Source: Alphaproteobacteria bacterium
Lineage (GTDB): Bacteria; Pseudomonadota; Alphaproteobacteria; MPNO01; UBA830
Length of the DNA: 64,000 nt
Direction of reading: 5' to 3'
NCBI GenBank assembly: GCA_964291215.2
Contig: OZ219790.1
Coordinates: forward strand, 1,312,001 to 1,376,000
The notes under the pieces are model-generated. The model did not search any database, had not been told where the DNA came from, and was given only the letters and a program-made list of their open reading frames with translations. Numbering within the stretch: the first letter of the stretch is position 1; each line of letters starts with the position of its first letter. The translations under genes were made by a program, and so were the position numbers. Positions 8,990-19,417 of this stretch are shown here, one piece after another.

Positions 8990-11455
8990 TCAGAAGGCGT
9001 GGCGCCAGCCTGCGAGGATGCTGAGTTCGGCGGCGGCGGCGGCGTCGTGGCCGGGCTGCCGGCTCCAGCCTGCGCCCAGGCGCAATTCGCCGCCATTGTC
9101 GAGCGACCGGCGCCACTCGGCGGCGATGTCGATCTGCCGGCCCAAGGGTTCGAGGTCCGCGGCCATCGACCGGCGCAGGACCCGTCCGTCCCCAGTGCGG
9201 CCGACCGGAACCGAAAGCCGGGCCCAGCCGGCCTCGACGCGCAGGGGCTGGCCCACCGAGAAGGTGAGCGCATCCCGGCCGCCCAGCGCCCGTTGCGCTC
9301 GCAGCGCGAAGGCGCTGGTAACCAGCGGCGACACGTCAGCGAGCATCCCGCCGTGCGTTGCTGTCCTGACGGTGCCGATTTCCGCGTCGGCGCCCAGACG
9401 CCAGGCGCCGGCGCGGAACCCACTCTCGAGGCCGGCGAAGACAGACTGGCCTGCAATCCGTCCGAAGGCACCGCTGGCAGTACTGCCGAGCAAGGTCCGG
9501 CGCTCGGCCACCATGCCGCCTGTGAGGGCGAAGGGCTGTTCCGGGGGCTGCCATGTCAGGGCCGCGCCCGACGCCGGGGGCCGGCTGCGCACCCCTTCGG
9601 TGGAAAAGGCGGTGACGGCGAACCCGTGCGCGCCCGGCACATCCACCGCGAGGCCCGACCCGGCGAGCGCGAGGTGTCCACCACCGCGGAAAGGCGCCGC
9701 GTCCAGAAGGCCCGGGCGGAAGGAGGTGCCCGCCGCATAGGCGCCGCCGATCAGCGGGACGAGGCCGGGCTGCAGGGTTCCGAAAGTCCGGCCGGTCCGT
9801 TGCGGCGCCATGAAGGCGTGCAGCCGGGCGGCGAGGCCGGGGCCGGCCCCTTCGGCAACGAAGTCGCCCAGGGAGAACCAGAACGGCGCCCCCAGCGTGT
9901 CGAACGCCACGACCTCCCTGCCGCCGGAGAGCGCCTGCGCCAACCCGTTGCCCAGCGCGCCGCCGGGGACAAGGCCGGTTTCCGTCACAGGGCTGCCGGG
10001 GCTGTCGATGCGGTCACCCAGAGTGAGCATAGTGGCGCCGACCGGCGCCGTCGCGGCACCCAGGTCCATCAGCCCCTGGCCGTAGATGCTGCTGTCGGCG
10101 TAGATGCCCTGCTTGTTGGCCGTCGCCATCAGCCGGGAGACCAGTTCCGTGTTGGTCATCTGGCCGCGGAAGACATGCTTCATCACGATAAGCCCGCCGG
10201 TCACGAACGGCGCGGCAGCGGAAGTGCCCCTGACATAGGCGGCAACCCCTCGCGTGCCGGGGCCGCTGCCGGAAACAGGGCGGCAATTGGGATTGGATCC
10301 GCAGGGAGGGCCGAAATAGGCCGCCCTGATTGCGTCCCCGGGCGCCGCGATGCACCACTCGGCCGCGATACCGCAACGGTTGGAGAAGTCGGCGATTTCA
10401 TGTTCGCCGTCGCCGTCGTCGTCGGGCGCCACGGCAGCGGCGCCGATCACGTGGCCGCGCAGCTCGGGGAAGTGCACCGGCAGGCCGGGAAGGATCTTGA
10501 CCGACCGGGCATTGACGCGGGCTTGCAATGCGCCCCCCGTGCAAAGGTCGGGATTGTCGGTGAAGTTCGCCGGGTCGCAGGGGGCATTGTGGGCGTTGCC
10601 GGCCGAGAACACGAAGACGGTTTTGTCGGCCGCGCCGGCCTGCGCCAGCGCGGTGATCGTCTGGCGCAGGTTGCGGCGCAGTTCCTGTTTGCCGTACTGC
10701 TCGATCATTCCCTCCGGACCCCAGCTCGCATTGACGAAATCGATCTTCCGCCCATCGTGCGACCAGTCGGCGGCGCGGGCGAACAGTTGCCCCCACCCGT
10801 CTGGCCCGCGGTCGGCGGCGCGCAAGGAGGCCAGTGATGCCGGTTTGTACGGGCGGCTCCCCGATCCGAGATCGATGGCGAGCATCGCAACATCGGCGCC
10901 CGGCGCGATCCCGGGACCGGCGCCCCTGGCGACATAGGTGGTCGGCGGCCGCCCGGCGAGCACGCTCGCGACCGTCGTGCCGTGCGAGGACTCGCTGCCG
11001 TCCCCGGCGCCCGGCCCACTGACGATGCTCTCCCTCACCGTCTTGCCGGCAAACATTGGGTGGCTGGTATCAATACCGTCGTCGATCAGCCCGGCGGTGT
11101 AGCCGGAGCCCGCCTCGACGCCGACGCCGTGCGCCAATTCGACCTGCGCCCAGGCCCGGTCCGCGCGGACCGCGGTCAGCCCCCACTGTTCTCTGAAGTC
11201 TGCCCGGTCGGCATGGCGCGCCGCAAGGATCTGGCGTTGTTGCCGATAGTCCTGCGTGGAGAGGCACCCGAAACCCGCCGTCGGAATGATGTCTTCGAGC
11301 GCGCAAGGGTCCGGCGGCGATAACGGTGACTGCGGTGGCTCTCCTGTGCCTCCGCCACCGCACGCCGAAACGAGCAGGGCCGAGACGAGGCACAGCGCGG
11401 CCGCACCAGTCACGCGGGAAAACCAGAACCGGTAGAGTTCGAGCAAGCGCCTCAT
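8990..11455 (-). CDS. S8 (subtilisin-like) serine peptidase, lipoprotein with C-terminal beta-barrel-like domain
   Basis: Lipobox LVSAC; catalytic motifs LIDDGID, SHGTTVA, GTSAAAP; YGQGLMD; C-terminal W-x-x-x-F. Confidence 0.9.
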   Translation of the reverse strand: MRRLLELYRFWFSRVTGAAALCLVSALLVSACGGGGTGEPPQSPLSPPDPCALEDIIPTAGFGCLSTQDYRQQRQILAARHADRADFREQWGLTAVRADRAWAQVELAHGVGVEAGSGYTAGLIDDGIDTSHPMFAGKTVRESIVSGPGAGDGSESSHGTTVASVLAGRPPTTYVARGAGPGIAPGADVAMLAIDLGSGSRPYKPASLASLRAADRGPDGWGQLFARAADWSHDGRKIDFVNASWGPEGMIEQYGKQELRRNLRQTITALAQAGAADKTVFVFSAGNAHNAPCDPANFTDNPDLCTGGALQARVNARSVKILPGLPVHFPELRGHVIGAAAVAPDDDGDGEHEIADFSNRCGIAAEWCIAAPGDAIRAAYFGPPCGSNPNCRPVSGSGPGTRGVAAYVRGTSAAAPFVTGGLIVMKHVFRGQMTNTELVSRLMATANKQGIYADSSIYGQGLMDLGAATAPVGATMLTLGDRIDSPGSPVTETGLVPGGALGNGLAQALSGGREVVAFDTLGAPFWFSLGDFVAEGAGPGLAARLHAFMAPQRTGRTFGTLQPGLVPLIGGAYAAGTSFRPGLLDAAPFRGGGHLALAGSGLAVDVPGAHGFAVTAFSTEGVRSRPPASGAALTWQPPEQPFALTGGMVAERRTLLGSTASGAFGRIAGQSVFAGLESGFRAGAWRLGADAEIGTVRTATHGGMLADVSPLVTSAFALRAQRALGGRDALTFSVGQPLRVEAGWARLSVPVGRTGDGRVLRRSMAADLEPLGRQIDIAAEWRRSLDNGGELRLGAGWSRQPGHDAAAAAELSILAGWRHAF

Positions 11456-11596
11456 ATCGCCCTCTATTCACCCGCCCCTGTCCGCCTAGGCAGAATCGAC
11501 ATTCATCACATCCACACGATAGCAGAAGTGATCAGTATGAAGGCCAAGAAGTATATTGCGTGACTATTCGGTTATCACATACACCAAGTTAACGCC

Positions 11597-11703
11597 ATGA
11601 ACGAATTCAAGTCTTGGAACAGCTACTGGAACTTTGCCAACCGAGTACGGTACGAGACCCGCCACATTCAAGCATCCGAGGATGACGATTTCCCAAGGTG
11701 ATC
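11597..11703 (+). pseudogene. 5' stub of a lower-GC gene (resembles RES-domain protein N-termini), cut by ISAs1
   Basis: MNEFKSWNSYWNFANRVRYETRHIQASEDDDF, ending at the IS boundary. Confidence 0.4.
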
Positions 11704-12145
11704 CCATGCTTGTTGATGTGATGTTATCGGAGTCCTGATCGCGGCGCGGGTCGACGCGTTCGAGGCTGCGATTTTGAGATTTGCTGACGCGCTGTTGCGG
11801 CGCGGGGCGCGATTGGTCGGCGTATCCGGGGCGAGCGAGAGGCCTTGGTTGTCGGGCTCGAAAGCTTGCGGTTTCTGTCGGGCAGAGGGGCGCGGTCAGC
11901 CTGGTCTTGTGATTGCGTGCAGGACCTGCTTGCGCTTGTCCGCATGGTGGGAAGCTGTTGAAGGGTTGGGCAGCTTGCGCTTGTTGTGGATGATGATTGC
12001 GAGGGTGATCGCGTTGTTTGCGGGCGCGTTCGGAGCATGGAGTCGTCTTCGCGGAAGGTGGCGTCGCGGACATGATGATGGCTCTCGACTACCCAGTGTC
12101 CGCGATTCCATGCGAGCAACTGTTGCGGCGAGGCGCGCTCGACCG

Positions 12146-13451
12146 AGCATCCATGTTTCTTGGCAAGGTTTTTGCGGGTGTCTGTGGTGATGTTTTCTGT
12201 GGTTGTCCACAAGCGGTGTGGGATTTGCTCTGCGAGCGAGGCGACATGAAGCTTGTGGTCCCGGCGGCGGGTTGCCGTCCATTAGTCACGTGAACGCGGC
12301 TACCTTGCCGCCCCCGGGCATGGTAACGTGACCGTCCGGGTTCCAGGTGTCCCAAGGCGGTTCGATCTCCTCGATGTCGGCCTCGACGATGATCTGCAGA
12401 CATTCTCCCCAAGTCGTGTCGTAGTAGGGAGACTGTCGATACAGTCCCGATCGCGCTCTCGGCAGGGCCGTGTCTCCTTCGCTCACTCACCGGTACTTCA
12501 GGCAACGCTGCTGTCGCAGCAAGGTGTTCGCCAGAGCTTGCGCATCACGGCGACAATCGCGACCTTGCTTGCCGGCAGTCTTGAGGCGCACCAAGTCCGC
12601 GTTGAAGCGTGCCGGTCGCGGCCAGGAGATCACGTGGCCTTTGGCGCCCGCCACGGATGTGCCGAGCACCGTGGTCGTTGGCCATCGGCGCCACCCCGAT
12701 CAAGGCTGCCGACGCTGCCGAGTTCGGGCATCCAGAAGGGCCGCGGCGGTCACCGGATCGAGGTCAGGATGGCGTACCTCTGCTCGGGATCACCGGCGAT
12801 CACCGCTTTGATCGCCGCGCCGGCGGTCATCGAGATCGGCCGCCGAGGCCCTTGTGACGGTCTCGCCATCCACCTCATCTGCCACGCGTCGACAAGCGCG
12901 GCACCAGGAGATCCTCCAGGCTCTTGAGGAAGGCGGAGCCACAGGCTCACCGTGCCGATCCTGGCGTCGACGCGGTTGGCCCATCGCCTCGGCGAAGCGC
13001 CCGCAACGGGTTGACGAGAATAACCTCGAAGCCCCGGTCATGAAGACACTGGTAAACCTTGCGGTGATAGCGGCCTGTCGCCCGCCACCCGGCTCACCCC
13101 GAGGCCGCGAAGCCACCTGCCCGTGGCGTCGTTCGCAAAACAATGCGCCAGATGTCCAGACTGGCTGACCCCTGCTACTACCTTGACCATCGCTCCTCGC
13201 CTTGTGATGATACGGGTTCAAACCCAGGCATCCAGCGAGGGATGCCAGGGGAGGTTGCCAAACTCGGACGCGGCTCTGTCAAGGTCGAAACGGCAAACTC
13301 CGCGGAGATCGTTTGATTTCCGCTCCCCTGTGCGTGTTCGCTCAGGGGAGCGGAATCTCTCTGCAACCATAGCTCTCCCACAGATCCACATTTTCCCGCC
13401 CCCAACTGCTGTGGATGATTTCATCATCAAGGGGACAAAACCTGGTCATAT
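12146..13451 (-). mobile_element. IS110-family copy 2 (near full length, eroded)
   Basis: Recombinase fragments (RFAEAMG, ILTSI(PG), RLKTAGK..LANTLLR); right end ...TTGCCAAGAAACATGGATGCT ending in a CT core; left end homologous to copy 1. Confidence 0.82.
13190..13445 (-). ncRNA. Putative IS110 bridge RNA (copy 2)
   Basis: Same scaffold as 7835-8140 with different target-loop segments. Confidence 0.6.
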
Positions 13452-14773
13452 GGCGTGTTCGGTTTTCCTGAATTCGACGCGCCGGGTGACGCGGAAGATC
13501 TGCTTGACTAGTTGATCATCTTCGCCAACGGGTTGAAGATGATGCGCTGGCGGCCATGCGCGGGCTTTTCACTATAGCGTCCCGTGCTCGCGGTCTTCCG
13601 GTTGATGCTCTCGAAGGCGCGTTGCCCTTGACCATCAGTCCGCGCGATGGATCTCGACGATCAGCCTCGCGGGTGGTGTGGAGCGCGTCGAGGGTGAGCA
13701 GACGGCCGATGCCGTCGCGGCGTGGACGGCAGCGATCTCCCCGCCGTGACAGTTGAGGACCGAATACCGGCCAGCGAGGCCGTCTCGTAATGATCCTCGC
13801 CGGTGCGGCCGCGCTTGCCGTCGACCGCGTTGCCGACCTGCGGCTGCGCGCCGCATCCTCGATCCATCCCGGGTCGGTAGCACCCGGTGCACGGTGGAGG
13901 CCGGCTTGTCCCTGTTCTTCCACGCTGCTTCAGATCCTTCTGCGTCATCGCGTAGTGCGCCGCCGCGCCGGTTCGCAAGCCGCGCCATCACGCACAGCAC
14001 CGAGGCGATGCCCCTGCGCGCGCCGGAAAGCGCCCCGAAGTGCTGATAAATCGAGCGCAACTCCTGCGCCGACCAGCGGCGCCCGCAACTCCCACGCCGC
14101 AGGAAGCGGCGAACGATCCCGCGTCACGACGCAGCGGAAACACGTAAGGATCCTTCGCCTCCCCGTGCCGGTCGGTATAGCGCCCGCTGGCGCGCGCATG
14201 GCCCCTGCCAACGCACTCCCGGTTCGCCGCCTTGTACATGGCGCCGCTGAACTTCGTCGGCGAGACAAACTTCTACACAACAAGCAACGGATGGCGCGGC
14301 CTCCCATTCGCCGCCGCACCATCCGCGACAACGCAAACGAGGCCCGGAAACACTCGGCGACCACCAGAAACAACAAACCTCGTGTTGTTCCCGGCAACCG
14401 CCTGAACCGTTCCTCGCGGCGCCAGCCAATCCAACGGTCCCGCGGCCGAGGGTGCCCGTCTGCCAGCCCGCAGCGCCAATCCACCGCCCGCGCCAGGTGA
14501 ACACGCAGCGCAGACCTCGACCGGCAAACTGCTTGAAACCAAGATGGTGATGACCGTCAACGACACGATTCCAGCGGCATCAGGCCGCGCAAGGTGCACA
14601 ACCACATCCCGGAGCGCAAAACCCTCCAGAGTCGTCTCAAAAAAAATCCGCTGTCTCCACGACAACGGATACTGCGCCGCTTCACAAAAAGCCAGCGAAA
14701 ATGCGAATCATCTTGAACAAGCGAAACCGACCCTTCCAACAAACTTGGCGTGGGATCATCGTGTGACCGATTG

Positions 14774-14969
14774 CACGACCATCCCATACTCTAATTCGGA
14801 GACGCGAAATCCGAATGCGTTGGGGCCCGGCTCATCACAGATCGCCTCCTTGATCGCAATTTTCGTGCCAAGAAGGCCCCATCGAGCCTTGACGGCACGG
14901 TTGCAGCGCGACGCAAACTGAGAAAATCTCGCCAGTCGTCGCCAGATTAGCAACGTGGGATCGTCGTGG
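14774..14969. mobile_element. MITE copy 1 (~196 bp)
   Basis: Imperfect TIRs CACGACCATCCCA / TGGGATCGTCGTGG; 8-bp TSD ACCGATTG (14766-73, 14970-77); similar to 37983-38176. Confidence 0.8.
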
Positions 14970-14986
14970 ACCGATTGTGCCAACTG

Positions 14987-15015
14987 TTGCAATCCGATTC
15001 GACTCCGCTTATGCT
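14987..15015 (+). promoter_or_regulatory. Sigma70-like promoter of tRNA-Glu
   Basis: TTGCAA-N17-TATGCT, 11 bp upstream of the tRNA. Confidence 0.55.
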
Positions 15016-15026
15016 GGCGATAGTGC

Positions 15027-15102
15027 GTCCCCTTCGTCTAGTGGCCTAGGACATCGGCCTCTCACGCCGAAAACAGGGGTTCGAGTCCCCTAGGGGACGC
15101 CA
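15027..15102 (+). tRNA. tRNA-Glu (CTC)
   Basis: Acceptor stem GTCCCCT/AGGGGAC, anticodon arm TCGGC-CTCTCAC-GCCGA, GGTTCGAGTCC T-loop, encoded CCA. Confidence 0.97.
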
Positions 15103-15103
15103 G

Positions 15104-17443
15104 CTACTCTTCCTGGCGCCCTTCGCAAAGCACCTGCCACACCTTTTCCGGCGCGGCGGGCATGTCGAGATCGCGTACGCCGTGATCGCGCAGCGCGTCG
15201 CAGACGGCATTCATGAAAGCCGCCGTTCCCGAAACCGTTGCCCCTTCACCCCCACCCTTCACCCCGAGAGGATTGTTGGCGGTCGGCACCTCGTGGAGAA
15301 CGGTCGCAAACGAGGGCAGGTCGGCGGCGCGCGGCAGGCCGTAATCCATGAACGACGCGCTGATCAGCTGGCCGGTCTCGGGATCGAATACCGCGTTTTC
15401 GGTAAGTACCTGGCCGATCGCCTGGGCGATGGCGCCGTGCGCCTGACCGGTCAGGATCAGCGGATTGACGGCCCTGCCCGGATCGTCGACTGCGGCGTGC
15501 GCGACCAGCGTAACCGTTCCGGTTTCGGGGTCTATCTCTATTTCCGATACCGCTGCCCCGTTGGGGAAGGCATGCGACCGCCCACGGAACAGCGAGTCCT
15601 CCGAAAGAACGCCGCCCTCCGAGCGCTTCGCCACCTCGAACAGGGTGACCGACCGGTCCGTGCCTTTGATGCGGTAGGTGCCGTCGGCATAGCTGATGTC
15701 GCTGGCGGCCGCCTCGAGCATTTCAACAGCAATGTCGATGCCCTTGCGGATAACCCGTTCCGAAGCTTCGCCAACCACGATGCCGCCGAGCCGCATCGAT
15801 CTGTCTGAGTGCGATCCACCGCCAGCCGGCACCACGTCCGAATCTCCGGTAACCAGCCGCACGCAATCCGGCTGTACGCCGAGCGTGTCGGCTACCAGTT
15901 GCGCGAAGACGGTTTCATGGCCCTGCCCGCTCGACTGTATGCCCATCATCAGTTCGACAGCATCGTCGGCGATCCTGAGCTCGGCGTACTCGACCGGGGC
16001 GCCAACCGGCGCCTGGATGTAGCTCGCATAACCGATGCCGCGCAACCGATCGCGCAGCCGCGCCTCTTCCCGGCGTTCCGCGAAACACTGCCAGCCTGCA
16101 GCTTCCAGCGCCTTGTCCATGCAGGCCTCGAACTCGCCGCAGTCATAGCCAGTGCCCATGGCGTTGACGGCCGGAAAAGCGTCCGCGGCCACCATGTTGC
16201 GCCGGCGCAGCTCGATGCGGTCGATACCCGTCGCGGCGGCCGCCATGTCGATCAGACGCTCGGTCACATGCATGGCCTCTGGCCGCCCCGCGCCCCTGTA
16301 CGGGCCTGTCGGCATGGTGTTCGTCAGTACCCCGCGAATGCGGGCGTAGGCCGCGTCCATGCGATAGACGGACGGCAGGAGGCGCGGCCCGTTGTAGAGC
16401 GGCACGAACGAGACGGTGTGCGCGCCGATATTTCCGATGATGTCGGCCCTGAGCGCAAGAAATCGCCCGTCTGCGTCGAGCGCAAGCTGCGCATGGGTGA
16501 CCTGATCGCGCGCCTGGTAGTCCGACACAAACGCCTCGGAACGGTCGCCGGACCACTTGACCGGCCGTTTCAGGCGTTTCGCGGCCCAGCAGCAGAGAAC
16601 GAACTCGGGATAGAGCATGTTGCGCGGCCCGAAGCCGCCGCCGACATCCCGGGATACAACGCGCACCTGGTCCGGCGGCACATCGAACACGGCCGCGAGC
16701 ATGCTCTTGTGCCTGTGCACCCCTTGTCCGCCGGCAAGGAGAGTTAACTTGCCGTCTTCGTCGCTCCAGACCCCGATCGCGGCCCGCGGCTCCATCTGGC
16801 AGTTGACGATCCGATTGTTGGAGAAAGTGCCCCCGACGACATGCGCCGCGCGCCCGAACGCCTCATCGGTGGCCGCAGCGTCACCGAGTTCCGCATTGAC
16901 CGGCAGGTTCCCGGGACAGCCGTCCCAGAGTTGAGGCGCATCTGGAAGAATTGCCAGAGTCGCATCGGTCACCGCTGGCAGCAGATCATAGGTTGCCTCG
17001 ACCAAGTCGGCAGCATCGCGGCCCGCCTCCCAGGTTTCGGCGATGATGACGGCAACGATCTCGCCGACATGCCGGACCCGGTCCCCAACGATGGGAGGCT
17101 GCGGGGCGTCGAACGGCTCGCCGCCGTCGAGATTGATGAAACCCGGGGCTTTCCAGTCGACGGCACCCCACGGGTTGGCTGCATGAGCGATGCCGCCAAG
17201 ACCGTCGGCGGCGTAGTCGGCACCGGTCAGGACCGCCGCCACGCCCGGCAACGGCCGCGCCCGCCGGATGTCGACGCCAAGCAGGCGGGCATGGGCATGC
17301 GGACTCCGGACCATGACCGCGCACAGTTCGTCGGCGAGCGAGATGTCGTCGGAATAAGTTCCGCGGCCCGTCAACAGACGCGAGTCCTCGCGTCGCCGGA
17401 CCGAGGCACCGACGCCTGCGCCATCAGCCCGTTCAGGCATCAC
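15104..17443 (-). CDS. Xanthine dehydrogenase-family molybdopterin-binding subunit (CoxL form II-like)
   Basis: RREDSRLLTG, MEPR, VGGGFG, PYRGAGRPEA, GQGHET, NPLGVKGGGE. Confidence 0.93.
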   Translation of the reverse strand: MMPERADGAGVGASVRRREDSRLLTGRGTYSDDISLADELCAVMVRSPHAHARLLGVDIRRARPLPGVAAVLTGADYAADGLGGIAHAANPWGAVDWKAPGFINLDGGEPFDAPQPPIVGDRVRHVGEIVAVIIAETWEAGRDAADLVEATYDLLPAVTDATLAILPDAPQLWDGCPGNLPVNAELGDAAATDEAFGRAAHVVGGTFSNNRIVNCQMEPRAAIGVWSDEDGKLTLLAGGQGVHRHKSMLAAVFDVPPDQVRVVSRDVGGGFGPRNMLYPEFVLCCWAAKRLKRPVKWSGDRSEAFVSDYQARDQVTHAQLALDADGRFLALRADIIGNIGAHTVSFVPLYNGPRLLPSVYRMDAAYARIRGVLTNTMPTGPYRGAGRPEAMHVTERLIDMAAAATGIDRIELRRRNMVAADAFPAVNAMGTGYDCGEFEACMDKALEAAGWQCFAERREEARLRDRLRGIGYASYIQAPVGAPVEYAELRIADDAVELMMGIQSSGQGHETVFAQLVADTLGVQPDCVRLVTGDSDVVPAGGGSHSDRSMRLGGIVVGEASERVIRKGIDIAVEMLEAAASDISYADGTYRIKGTDRSVTLFEVAKRSEGGVLSEDSLFRGRSHAFPNGAAVSEIEIDPETGTVTLVAHAAVDDPGRAVNPLILTGQAHGAIAQAIGQVLTENAVFDPETGQLISASFMDYGLPRAADLPSFATVLHEVPTANNPLGVKGGGEGATVSGTAAFMNAVCDALRDHGVRDLDMPAAPEKVWQVLCEGRQEE

Positions 17444-17727
17444 GCATCCGCCCCTTCCGGGCGTCGTCGCCGGACAAGGCGCAACCGCAAGTCCACCTGC
17501 TCTTCATCGCAGTGTTCCTTCGGGATCGAAACCGTTTCTCAGCCCGGATCCCTCCATTCAACCATACGGCGGACCGGCATCCTACCGAATTCCACCACGT
17601 GCGGGAGTGAAGCGCACGGGTGCTCCGACCGGATTTCCTGCGATCCCGCTTGCGCCGGTCGCACCGGGGCGCGATGATTGCCGCGCTGCCGGGAAAGCTC
17701 GGCCGCTGTCAGGCAAGGGAGAAACTC

Positions 17728-18522
17728 ATGGCGAATCCGGCACCCGGCTATCGGAAAAACCCCGACCACCACATCCGTCTTGAGTCATCGCCGAGGCGGG
17801 TGCGGGTCAGGTTCGGCGGCGAGTGGATCGCCGACTCCGTGAACATGATGCTGATGTACGAGGCCCACCACCTGCCCGTCTACTATTTCCCCCTGGAAGA
17901 TGTCCGCACGGACCTCCTTGCTCCGACGGACCATTTCACCCACTGCCCTTACAAGGGGGACGCGTCCTACTGGACGATCAATGCTGGCGGCCGGACTTCC
18001 GAAAACGCCGTCTGGGCCTATCCTGCGCCTTATGCCGAAATGACAGCCATCAATCTGGAGAAATACTGCGCCTTCTACTGGGATCGGATCGATCACTGGT
18101 ACGAGGAAGACGAGGAAATCTTCGTTCATCCCCGCGATCCTCACAAGCGGGTCGACGCTATTGCGTCATCCCGTCCCGTGCAGGTCATTGTCGGTAGCGA
18201 GACCGTGGCCGAGACGGCGCGCGCCCATTTTTTGTTCGAGACCAACCTGCCGACACGCTACTATATTCCGCGCGACGATGTCCGCATGGACCTTCTCGAA
18301 CCGACCACCTCATCGTCGCGCTGCCCCTACAAGGGCGTGGCGCGCTACTGGTCGGCGACGGTCGACGGCACGACGCACGAGAACATAGCGTGGTGCTACG
18401 AGGATCCGGTTCCCGAGTGCCCGAAGATCAAGGACCTGATCTGCTTCTACAACGAGAATGTTGACGCCATTCTCGTCGACGGCAGGGAGCTGGAAAAGCC
18501 GGTGACGAAATGGTCGCGATGA
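17728..18522 (+). CDS. Tandem DUF427-domain protein
   Basis: Two repeats of YYFP/YYIP..DVR..CPYKG.A.YW..AW.Y; HPRDP linker. Confidence 0.9.
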   Translation: MANPAPGYRKNPDHHIRLESSPRRVRVRFGGEWIADSVNMMLMYEAHHLPVYYFPLEDVRTDLLAPTDHFTHCPYKGDASYWTINAGGRTSENAVWAYPAPYAEMTAINLEKYCAFYWDRIDHWYEEDEEIFVHPRDPHKRVDAIASSRPVQVIVGSETVAETARAHFLFETNLPTRYYIPRDDVRMDLLEPTTSSSRCPYKGVARYWSATVDGTTHENIAWCYEDPVPECPKIKDLICFYNENVDAILVDGRELEKPVTKWSR

Positions 18523-18559
18523 CCCCGACAACGGGGTGGACGGCCGTGTGCGCGTAGGA

Positions 18560-19417
18560 TCAGGGAGTGCCGCGAAGATGCCCGGCGACGGCAAGAACCC
18601 GGAGCATGGAACGCAGAACCGGGCGTTCGATCAGCTCGCCGTCGACAACCAGAAGACCCGTCTCGTCCTTTTCGAATTCGTCGACGATTTGCCGCGCGCG
18701 CTCGACAAGTTCCGGCGATGGCGAGAAGGTCGCGTTGAGCACGGGGATCTGCTTCGGATGTATCGCTGCCTTTCCGGTGAAGCCCAGCGCTGCAGCCTTC
18801 CCCGCTTCCGCTTCCAGCCCTTCCGAATCGTCGAGATCGAGCCACGGCACATCCAGAAGATCATGGCCAAAGCGGGCCGCCGCGTGGACCACCCGAGAAC
18901 GAGCGTAGAGGAGCGTGTCCCACGACTTGGCAGCCCGAAGATCGGCCGCCATGTCGACTGCGCCAAACAGCAGCGAATCGATGCGCGGCGACGCGCCGGC
19001 GATTTCCATGACATTTGCAAGCCCCTCGGCCGATTCGATGATCACATGGAACCGGGTTCCGGCGCAGCTTCCCTGGAGCAGCTCTTCATACAGCCGGATT
19101 TCCGCGGCAGAGCCCGGCTTGGCAAGCATCAGCGCTGGCGGCGGCGCATCACACTCGGCGAGTGCGAGGATGTCCCTGAGACCCTCCGCCGTCGAGAGCG
19201 GGTTCACCCGGACCATGGTTTCGACGCCACGATCGCTTCGGCCCGAAAACAGCGGCAGAGTCATGGTGCGCGCCTCATCCTTGCGCGCGAGCGGCACCGC
19301 ATCCTCAAGATCGACGCAGACGATGTCGGCGCCCGCCCCGAGCGCCTTGGCGAACCGATCGGGGCGCAGTCCTGGCACGAACAGCAGGCTTCGGCGGGGT
19401 CGGAACTGGTTGTCCAT
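18560..19417 (-). CDS. CitE/HpcH-family CoA-ester lyase
   Basis: RRSLLFVPG, VDLEDAV, MVRVN, IESAEG, FGAVD, GFTGKAAIHPKQ. Confidence 0.9.
   Translation of the reverse strand: MDNQFRPRRSLLFVPGLRPDRFAKALGAGADIVCVDLEDAVPLARKDEARTMTLPLFSGRSDRGVETMVRVNPLSTAEGLRDILALAECDAPPPALMLAKPGSAAEIRLYEELLQGSCAGTRFHVIIESAEGLANVMEIAGASPRIDSLLFGAVDMAADLRAAKSWDTLLYARSRVVHAAARFGHDLLDVPWLDLDDSEGLEAEAGKAAALGFTGKAAIHPKQIPVLNATFSPSPELVERARQIVDEFEKDETGLLVVDGELIERPVLRSMLRVLAVAGHLRGTP

Larger units (their letters stand above)
11708..14722 (-). mobile_element. ISAs1-family element with N-terminal DUF4338 domain, degraded; interrupted by IS110 copy 2
   Basis: DUF4338 motifs RPRDRWIGW, GNNTRF, MYKAAN; ISAs1 motifs AVDGKR, GRLLTLDALHT, VKGN, RGHWVVESHHHVRDATFRED; ends approximate. 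Confidence 0.8.

Noticed and set aside
8942-10837. Long antisense or alternate-frame ORFs (e.g. 8942-10837+, 55297-57168+, 46181-47446+, 48755-50245+)
   Set aside because: Shadows of real genes in high-GC DNA; no motifs.
13332-13341. CGAACACGC in the IS110 RNA matching the copy 2 left flank
   Set aside because: It lies in a hairpin tip conserved in both copies, so it is probably coincidental rather than a guide.
15104-17443. True (form I) CO dehydrogenase
   Set aside because: Active-site loop is PYRGAGR, not AYRCSFR; no coxMS adjacent.
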